Source: a virus
Taxonomy: Duplodnaviria > Caudoviricetes
Virus record (IMG/VR): IMGVR_UViG_3300022909_002219
Span: 1-37,391 of that record
Direction: 5' to 3' (one strand)
Length of the DNA: 37,391 nt
The position numbers were made by a program, and so were the translations under genes. Under the pieces are notes generated by a model. It was given only the letters and a program-made list of their open reading frames with translations. It made no database searches and was not told the DNA's origin. Every line of letters begins with the position of its first letter. Position 1 is the stretch's first letter. This document shows positions 1 through 7,868 of this stretch, piece by piece.

Positions 1-1096
1 TTATCAAACCAGTGCCTCCCATTGCAATATTTTCTTTAGTAACTGCGGAAGCTTTATAGTCACTATAATTACCCACCCTGATATCTGCGGCACTAGAACT
101 ATCGCTTGGATTTGCAGCAAAAACAATATCGGTTGAATCAAAACTAACTTTATCTTGACTGGGTATATCAAAAACAGTTGGATAAGTTTTTCCATCCCTT
201 GAGCATGCCAATAGCTTAGAATCTCCAATAAAATTAATTAAACTGTATTTATTGTTCGCATTATATATGCAAGTATAATCCACCACCGTACCATCATGCT
301 TGATCACACTCACGCCACCATCGGTGGCCACAGCAATTGTGGGGACGGGTAAACCAGTATCCGCATCAATTGGTGCGTTTGGTAAAATGGTCATGGCGAC
401 GTCGTTGATGTGTTTATTTACAAGATTAGGGGTGGTTACATCTGCGATATTCTGAAAAGTCCCATTTCTATTATAAACTCCTGAGCCGCTTCTATAGCTT
501 TCAGTATAGCCATCCTGTTTGGACCAACGCTCCATTATCTCCGAAATAAAGTTTACGTAAATTAAATGACCATAATTATTACCATCACTACAACCTACGT
601 AAATATTACCATTAATTCCTGTTATGCATGTAGCTGGTCTAGTTATTAAGTATTTACTATTACCACCATTTTCAAACACCATCCACATACTCAAATCTGG
701 ATCATCACCATCATAAATAGTAACCTTGTCTGCTTCCGCCGCAATCACTGCCACCGCAGGAAATTCTCGGCGACCACCGCGAGTCGCAGTATTCAACTCC
801 TCATTGTACCAACTTGTATGTTGTGTACGCTTTCTCCATGCGCCGCCGTCACTATCACGACTAGTATCATACACAAACACATCCACTGCGGTGCCACCAA
901 CCAATGCAGCAATCTCACCAATTTGTAGATCATCCACATTTGCACCGCCGCGCACCAATAAATTTTCATCAGTACCTGTGCGATCCTTTCCGATGTACAA
1001 TCCAAGACCACTCAAGCGGTCACGCATTTTTCTAAAATCCAGAAGCTCGGCGAGTTTTTCGCGCAGGTTTGTTTGTTTTGTTTGTACTGTGCTCAT
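1..1096 (-). CDS. Tail fibre/receptor-binding protein, paralog of 1098..3989 (truncated by left window edge; absent from ORF track)
   Basis: ATG at 1096 immediately after the upstream stop. Open frame MSTVQTKQTNLREKLAELL...AVDVFVYDTSRDSDGGAWRKRTQHTSWYNEELN...NDVAMTILPNAPIDADTGLPVPTIAVATDGGVSVIK continues to the edge; these blocks are shared with the 963-aa protein. Confidence 0.85.
   Translation of the reverse strand, partial: MSTVQTKQTNLREKLAELLDFRKMRDRLSGLGLYIGKDRTGTDENLLVRGGANVDDLQIGEIAALVGGTAVDVFVYDTSRDSDGGAWRKRTQHTSWYNEELNTATRGGRREFPAVAVIAAEADKVTIYDGDDPDLSMWMVFENGGNSKYLITRPATCITGINGNIYVGCSDGNNYGHLIYVNFISEIMERWSKQDGYTESYRSGSGVYNRNGTFQNIADVTTPNLVNKHINDVAMTILPNAPIDADTGLPVPTIAVATDGGVSVIKHDGTVVDYTCIYNANNKYSLINFIGDSKLLACSRDGKTYPTVFDIPSQDKVSFDSTDIVFAANPSDSSSAADIRVGNYSDYKASAVTKENIAMGGTGLI
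278..406. repeat. Conserved block shared with 3171..3299
   Basis: Near-identical DNA encoding NDVAMTILPNAPIDxDTGLPVPTIAVATDGGVSVIKxDGTVVD in both paralogs; flanks do not align. Confidence 0.9.
674..890. repeat. Conserved block shared with 3561..3777
   Basis: Near-identical DNA encoding AVDVFVYDTSRDSDGGAWRKR...DPDLSMWMVF in both paralogs, mostly synonymous differences. Confidence 0.9.
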
Positions 1097-1097
1097 A

Positions 1098-3989
1098 TTA
1101 GTTTTGAATTATTGTGCCTTCAGCTGCGCTGATGCTGTTTGAAATTGCGGTTGTTGTATTGTTTACACGAACAAGTCCGCGGAAATCACTGCGGCCACTG
1201 GCTGTGCCAACATGTAGTAATTGATTGCTGTCATCGTATGCTAATGCAGTCACGGCATCGCTACTGCCATACAATGTGGCTTGTGCGCCATCTTGAAATA
1301 GTACCTTCTCATCGTGGTAGATCTTGGCGATTTGATCGGGTGTTGGAGCTGTTTTAGAAATTCGTAAAAGTGAGAAAGACAATCCTGTAGAAACAGCATT
1401 GTTCGTATTTCCTGAACCTATGACAAGAGGAGCAGTTGTAGCATAAAATGATTGAGTTGTGTATGCATTGTTTGAGTGCCTTAATGTACCATCAACGTAT
1501 ATGTTAAATACGCCAGATGATCTAGTAACAGCGACATTAGTCCAGTTGGGTAAGGTTGAATTGTTACCCATCTGAGCCTCAACCATAGTTGCATACGAGA
1601 TGCCGTCCCAAGAAGCAGTAAATCGTATTCCACCAGCGGCATCTTTATATAATGTCCAAGCCGCATCAACAGTTCGCTTACCAACACCCATCATATCTGA
1701 CGCATCGGTTAAATTCTTAACCCAGAATGATATACAGAAGTCGCCAGCGCCAAATGCTAAATCTGAATTATATGGCTGCTCTAATCTATCTTCGCCGTAA
1801 TCACCACTCGTAAATCCACTGTATGCGACGAGGTCGGCGCCGGGAGCAACTGGGGTTTTGTTTATTTCTCCTACTATTTGTAGGCCGTTATTGTTGACAC
1901 TGCGGTCGTCTACGGCGGGGCGAACGGAGATGTTGTCAACTTCAAGTGACAGATTATCACTTGCAGTGTTAATCATAAAGAAAACCCTCAGATTATCAGA
2001 AGAAGCAACAAAACTATGAGATTTTTTCACAAAAGGTGCATTAGCACCAGAAGACACATATTCTCTACTTATTAACTCAGTATTGGAGGCTAAATCTTGA
2101 ACCATTCCAAACATGTTACCAGTAGTATCAACACCTCTTAGTTCGTAAGATATTGTGTATTTTTTACCAACGACAAAGCTGTCAATATCTTGATATGCAT
2201 AAGCCTGATCTTCTGTTGTTTGGGAAACTTGAAGAACACCATTGTTATCAGATATTGTACCGCGAACAGCAGTCCACCCCGTTGTTCCATTTGAAAAATC
2301 GCCGTTTGTTATGAGTTCTGTTGTGGCTCGAACGCTGACGTTGTCGAATATAACATATGTTCCATCCCCATTTGATAAAGAATTTAATATTATCAATGTT
2401 TCTTGGTGTCGAGCGGTAAAATTAACCATTCCTATATTTCCATTACTAACATCGACTGAATACGAATTACCAGTAGCGTCACTAAAGTATATTCTACCAG
2501 TATTAGACGAATTATTTGCTTCTATAACTTCAGCAGACAATGCATATTGCTTACCCACAATTGTTTGTATGGATATACTTGTTCTAGCATTATTAGTACC
2601 CCCATGTTCGACTTTTAAATTATTATTACTTATCGACAATTGAGCCCCAGCAATAGACGTCCAACCATCTACAGTTCCGTCTCCATTATCATAACCAACA
2701 CTCCCGTCAGCAACAGTTTTAAAATCGCCATTCGTTAACAATTCATCACTATTTACTCCAATTGTTTCCACTGTTGTGTCGCTCAATGTGGCCAATTTTA
2801 TATCGCCGGGCATCCAACCGGTGTTGTATTTGCTATTCACATATGCAACAATAGATTTTTTGGGCTCTGCTTTATTTTCATCAAATAAAGTCAATCCAGA
2901 ACCATTACCAAGTGATTCCGCCTCAATGGCGGTAATTGGATTGTCAGCATTTATAAAAGCAAAATCTCCATAAACATCATTCTCATAAAATGTAATTCCG
3001 TTATCCTTATTTGGTTGCCAATGAGCTATTGCATAATCAAAATCAGGTATATCTAGCGTCCAATAAGATCTCTGCTGGGTAGAATCCATGGTGAATCTAA
3101 TTTTATAGTCTTTTGTGAAGGTGATATGTTCGGTTTGTCTGTAAACAGGATCAGATTGCGTGTTTGTAATATCCACCACCGTTCCATCATCCTTTATCAC
3201 ACTCACACCACCATCGGTGGCCACAGCAATTGTGGGCACCGGTAAACCAGTATCTTCATCAATTGGTGCGTTTGGTAAAATGGTCATGGCGACGTCGTTA
3301 CAATTTGTATTTACGATATAGTTCGTACTATTTTTTTGAGATAAACCTTTACCAGAATTTCTTTCCCCAATCCCTCCAAGATATTCTCTATGGGCACTGT
3401 TTGTAACTCTTTGTGATTTATCTGAAATAAATTTAATTATATATATTGCTTCAGTTGATGTTGTAAGTGATAGTATTCCGTTTAAACAAGTGATTGCACT
3501 ATTAGATGCTGTAGTTGCTCCAATTAAATTATTACTTATTACATAAGATCCACCTTGATTAAACACCATCCACATGCTCAAGTCTGGATCATCACCATCA
3601 TAAATGGTAACCTTGTTTGCTTCCGCGACAATCACTGCAACCGCAGGAAATTCGCGGCGACCACCACGTGTCTCAGTATTCAACTCCTCATTATACCAAC
3701 TGGTGTGTTGCGTGCGCTTTCTCCATGCGCCGCCGTCACTATCACGACTAGTATCATACACAAACACATCCACTGCGCTATCGCTGATCTCGGCAGCAAT
3801 CGCGCGCAATTCTAACATGTCGGCGCTAACATCATCAAGATTCACCGCATCCTGATAAGCCAAGGTTCCCAAATCTTTGTTTAATGGTATTTGATTCGGG
3901 GCGGTGCCAAGATCAGAAGGTGTTATTGGAGCTTGACCGCTAATAGTCAAGTTGTCAAAGTCGGCGGTTTTTGCGGTGAAGTTTTTCAT
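1098..3989 (-). CDS. Tail fibre/receptor-binding protein with two carbohydrate-binding-like domains and a LamG/concanavalin-A-like domain
   Basis: 963 aa. Two EL(L/I)TNGDF...W...DN(V/I)SVR domains (CBM4/9-like) and a LamG-like region GDFCISFWVK...WTNVAVTRSSGVFNIYVDG. Located among fibre genes. Confidence 0.75.
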   Translation of the reverse strand: MKNFTAKTADFDNLTISGQAPITPSDLGTAPNQIPLNKDLGTLAYQDAVNLDDVSADMLELRAIAAEISDSAVDVFVYDTSRDSDGGAWRKRTQHTSWYNEELNTETRGGRREFPAVAVIVAEANKVTIYDGDDPDLSMWMVFNQGGSYVISNNLIGATTASNSAITCLNGILSLTTSTEAIYIIKFISDKSQRVTNSAHREYLGGIGERNSGKGLSQKNSTNYIVNTNCNDVAMTILPNAPIDEDTGLPVPTIAVATDGGVSVIKDDGTVVDITNTQSDPVYRQTEHITFTKDYKIRFTMDSTQQRSYWTLDIPDFDYAIAHWQPNKDNGITFYENDVYGDFAFINADNPITAIEAESLGNGSGLTLFDENKAEPKKSIVAYVNSKYNTGWMPGDIKLATLSDTTVETIGVNSDELLTNGDFKTVADGSVGYDNGDGTVDGWTSIAGAQLSISNNNLKVEHGGTNNARTSISIQTIVGKQYALSAEVIEANNSSNTGRIYFSDATGNSYSVDVSNGNIGMVNFTARHQETLIILNSLSNGDGTYVIFDNVSVRATTELITNGDFSNGTTGWTAVRGTISDNNGVLQVSQTTEDQAYAYQDIDSFVVGKKYTISYELRGVDTTGNMFGMVQDLASNTELISREYVSSGANAPFVKKSHSFVASSDNLRVFFMINTASDNLSLEVDNISVRPAVDDRSVNNNGLQIVGEINKTPVAPGADLVAYSGFTSGDYGEDRLEQPYNSDLAFGAGDFCISFWVKNLTDASDMMGVGKRTVDAAWTLYKDAAGGIRFTASWDGISYATMVEAQMGNNSTLPNWTNVAVTRSSGVFNIYVDGTLRHSNNAYTTQSFYATTAPLVIGSGNTNNAVSTGLSFSLLRISKTAPTPDQIAKIYHDEKVLFQDGAQATLYGSSDAVTALAYDDSNQLLHVGTASGRSDFRGLVRVNNTTTAISNSISAAEGTIIQN

Positions 3990-4003
3990 TTTTTTTTATA
4001 ATT

Positions 4004-6082
4004 TTAAGATTCTAGGGCGGAAATTCTAGCGGCCAGAGATTCATTTTGAGATTTTAGCTGTTCAATCAGCTGCTGTTGTTCTTGGATCGCGGCGATGGCA
4101 TAAGTGAATAAACTATTGTAATCAAGGCCATGTGGGCTGGTTACCGTTCCATCTTGATCAACACCTTCTGGACTGACAGCAAATGCAAGTTCATCAACCG
4201 TCAACACTTGTTGTGCAATAACACCTGCTTCGATGCGATGTTCTACTGGTTCGCCATTAGAATCTACTGGATTGCCGTCAGCATCAAGCTCGAAATCGTG
4301 ATCGGTATCATACATTTCGGTTGTTTTGATGTACTTCTTGGGTGTGATTTTCGAGAGCGTCTCGAGCGCACCAATGATTGGCTGCTCGTTGTGTTTAACG
4401 CGGTCGTCAGAAGTTATCTCATTTGAACCAACATATGATGTGCCTAATATTTTCAACGTACCATTCACATTCAATTTATAAGAACCAGGATCCGTAGTAC
4501 CAATACCTACATTGCCGTTGGAGGCGATACGCATTTTTTCATCTCTATTGCCAACTCCATCATCTGTGCCAAAAACTAAATTTGAATAACGCACACCGTC
4601 TTGCTCTTGTACACTAGCTATATAACTTATTCTACCAAAAGAGTTTCCTGTAGAATAATTCTGAAATACTATACCAACATTATTACCAGCTACGCCAGCA
4701 GACCCTACTTCGTTTCTCAATGTCAAGCTTCCATTTAACCCTGAGTTGCTATTGGCATAAATAGAATTACTATTTGTAACATTAACACTATTGCCAACCA
4801 CTTCCAACTTCGCACTAGGACTCGTAGTACCAATACCTACATTGCCTGTGTTTTTAGGTATTACTAGATGTTGGTCTATTGTAGTGTTATTGTCATCTGT
4901 TGTTCCTAAAAACAAACTGTTAGTTGTACCATCATACCCTACTGTGGCTCCTGTTGAACCTGCAGATTCTTCATAAAAAGTATAGGCTTTATCACCAGAA
5001 GCTGCAGAACTAATCCTTACGTTTCCTGATTCTACATCAAGCTTATACCCAGGACTCGCAGTACCAATACCTACATTGCCTGCGGAGTCGATGGTCATAT
5101 CTGTACGAGTCGCAGATGCAGTACCAAATCTTATATTATGTCCATCACTTCTGATGCATAAGTCATCTGCTAATGCACCAACAAGAATTTGTGAAGTTGC
5201 ACCACACAGACCAACACGAGCTTGACCTACACCACCCTTACTAAATGATTGTATGACATCCTTAGTTCCTGCTACTTCATTAATATCTAACTTCGTAACA
5301 GGATCCGTAGTACCAATACCTACATTGCCGTCGGAGGTGATGCGTACTTTTTCTGTCGCAGAGTTATTGGTGTAAGTTTTGAAAGCCATATAGCTATCAA
5401 TATCGCTGTCAGTAGCAATCCAAGCATTGTCCTTACCAACCTCAATAACACCTGCGTCATTTTTAACTGCTCCGCTATCACGAGATAAGCCAAAACCTAA
5501 CTGGACTGTTTGTAAAGTTGAATTTGCGGTTACATTTTCATTAGCCAAGACAATAGGCATTTGAGAACTGTTTTCGTTTTTCACTACATGCAAAGGTTCA
5601 TTAGGACTCGTAGTACCAATACCTACATTGCCGTCGGATTGCAAATATAAATAGCTTAGGTTTCGAGCTTCACTACGAAAATCAATGCTACCATTTGTAC
5701 TACCAATGGAAAAATCCGTTGAAGCTCCCCCACTATTCTTTTGATCAAAATAAATTTTTCTTGTAGCTCCATTAGTTTGGTCGCTAATTGTAATGTCTCC
5801 ATTACTAACCTCCAACTTCCCACCAGGATTCGTAGTACCAATACCTACATTGCCGGTGTTAAGGATAGTTATTTTTTCTGATGTTCCCCGTGTTATATGA
5901 GCTTTATTTTCTGAGTCTATATAAAACCTAAAACTGTCGATTCCTGTTCCCGATTGGTGACCCAATAGTATTCCACCTAAATTAGTTGGGCCTCCAGCAA
6001 TGTGTAACTTAGAAACAGGATTCGTAGTACCAATACCCACATCACCCGTGAATATACCATTTTTTGTTCTAAAATTTTTCAT
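4004..6082 (-). CDS. Tail fibre with 7 GxVGIGT repeats and C-terminal intramolecular chaperone (peptidase S74-like)
   Basis: 692 aa. Seven G(N/D)VGIGTxxP motifs, then TSDDRVKHNE (S74-type autocleavage motif) and a C-terminal coiled coil. Confidence 0.85.
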   Translation of the reverse strand: MKNFRTKNGIFTGDVGIGTTNPVSKLHIAGGPTNLGGILLGHQSGTGIDSFRFYIDSENKAHITRGTSEKITILNTGNVGIGTTNPGGKLEVSNGDITISDQTNGATRKIYFDQKNSGGASTDFSIGSTNGSIDFRSEARNLSYLYLQSDGNVGIGTTSPNEPLHVVKNENSSQMPIVLANENVTANSTLQTVQLGFGLSRDSGAVKNDAGVIEVGKDNAWIATDSDIDSYMAFKTYTNNSATEKVRITSDGNVGIGTTDPVTKLDINEVAGTKDVIQSFSKGGVGQARVGLCGATSQILVGALADDLCIRSDGHNIRFGTASATRTDMTIDSAGNVGIGTASPGYKLDVESGNVRISSAASGDKAYTFYEESAGSTGATVGYDGTTNSLFLGTTDDNNTTIDQHLVIPKNTGNVGIGTTSPSAKLEVVGNSVNVTNSNSIYANSNSGLNGSLTLRNEVGSAGVAGNNVGIVFQNYSTGNSFGRISYIASVQEQDGVRYSNLVFGTDDGVGNRDEKMRIASNGNVGIGTTDPGSYKLNVNGTLKILGTSYVGSNEITSDDRVKHNEQPIIGALETLSKITPKKYIKTTEMYDTDHDFELDADGNPVDSNGEPVEHRIEAGVIAQQVLTVDELAFAVSPEGVDQDGTVTSPHGLDYNSLFTYAIAAIQEQQQLIEQLKSQNESLAARISALES
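4074..4414. repeat. 341-bp direct repeat (chaperone domain), second copy 6178..6518
   Basis: Manual ungapped alignment at offset 2104 gives about 10 mismatches; in coding direction identity begins at the TSDD motif. Confidence 0.95.
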
Positions 6083-7868
6083 GTTATTTGTTTTCTAGAT
6101 TTTTAATGCGAGAAACCAGGGAGTCAATTGTTGACTGTTGAGATTCATTTTGAGATTTCAAGTCTTCGATTGTTTGTTGTTGTTCTTGGATCGCGGCGAT
6201 GGCATAAGTGAATAAACTATTGTAATCAAGGCCATGTGGGCTGGTTACCGTTCCATCTTCGTCAACACCTTCTGGGCTCACAGCAAATGCCAATTCATCA
6301 ACCGTCAACACTTGTTGTGCAATAATACCTGCTTCGATGCGATGTTCTACTGGTTCGCCATTAGAATCTACTGGATTGCCGTCAGCATCAAGCTCGAAAT
6401 CGTGATCGGCATCATACATTTCGGTTGTTTTGATGTACTTCTTGGGTGTGATTTTCGAGAGCGTCTCGAGCGCGCCAATGATTGGCTGCTCGTTGTGTTT
6501 AACGCGGTCATCAGAAGTGTGAACGGTTACTCCATTGACCGCAATATTTCCATGCACATCCAACTTTTGCAGAGGACTCGTAGTACCAATACCTACATAG
6601 CCGCCGGAGGTGATGGTCATTCGTTTTTGTTTTATTTCAGTAGTGGCATCCGTCCCGAAATGCATTGCATCAATCGAATTATCATATGTAATTCTACCGA
6701 TTGATTTATTGTCTGAATCACCGAACAACACACCTACCAAATTACTTGTTCCACCTGTAATACCGACAAAAGTGTCACCGCTTCCCTGAACATTTAATGG
6801 GTAACCAGGATTCGTAGTACCAATACCTACCTTGCCGTTGGAGTCGATGCGCATTGCTTCTGATATAGTACTTGTAGAACGAGTTTGAAAAGTTAATGCA
6901 CATTTTCCATCTACAGCATTCTCACTTACTGCATGAATTCTTGCTAACGGATTATTACCACTTACTGTCGATACACCTGCAAAAAGATCAATACCACAAT
7001 GACTGTCGGCAGTGTCTTCTTTCATGTTCCGTAATCGCAGCAAATTTCCCGAGGTGCCGCTACTATACAAAGCGCCACTATTAGTATGAACCTCTAACGG
7101 TCTAGATGGACTCGCAGTACCAATACCTACATTGCCGTTTTTCTGTACTCTTAATTTATGACTACCTGATTGATCGGTAATCTTTAAATAAGCCGCCTCT
7201 TCATGAAAATTAGCGTCAGTATTTGTAATATGTAAACCTGCTGGATTACCTGCTGAACTAGGGCTTATCTCAATTTTAGCAATATCACCAGCTATTCTTT
7301 CACCTACTACTTGCAACTTCGCAGCAGGACTCGTAGTACCAATACCTACATGGCCGTCGGAGTGGTTAATTGAAAACCTATTAGCAATAAAAGAGTCATC
7401 ATCAGCAACCGTATCTATCTGGAAAATAGCACCATTGTTTCTGATTAATGAATTTAAATCTGACTGGTCGTTTTCACTAAGCCATATCCTAGGTTGAGAA
7501 CCCTCTAGCTTCATGGATGGCGTACCTCCTGCTATATGCAATTTATAATCAGGACTCGTAGTACCAATACCTACATTGCCATCTTCGTCGATGGTCATTC
7601 TTGCAGCCAGGCCACTTCCATTTTGTCTTGTCGCAAAATACAGCGATGTATTTCTGTCTCCAGCATCTTTAAAATGAGCACCAATTCTTGCTGTTATAAA
7701 ATCTGTACTATTATGGAAATCCAATGATGCAAAATTACCGTCTGTATCAGATTTATTTCTTATTTTTATGCAAGCATTATTATTATTTGCCATAAGATTT
7801 GTAACCGCTTCCTCTCCCTCAATAGTTAATTTAGAACTAGGATTCGTAGTACCAATACCTACATTGCC
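4488..7868. repeat. Array of 13 interspersed 29-bp direct repeats, consensus GGAYYCGYAGTACCAATACCTACATTGCC
   Basis: Copies start at 4488, 4818, 5052, 5301, 5604, 5826, 6018, 6574, 6808, 7108, 7327, 7552, 7840. Core AGTACCAATACC is invariant. Encodes GxVGIGTxxP on the minus strand. Confidence 0.95.

Noticed and set aside
4074-6518. Diversity-generating retroelement template/variable repeat pair
   Set aside because: The roughly 10 mismatches are mostly synonymous and not adenine-specific, both copies are coding, and no reverse transcriptase is in the window.
4488-7868. CRISPR array
   Set aside because: Repeat length fits, but the intervening segments are 160-300 bp, variable in length and in-frame coding; no cas operon or leader.
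4488-7868. Invertase-type shufflon
   Set aside because: All repeats and modules are in direct orientation and no site-specific recombinase is seen in the window.
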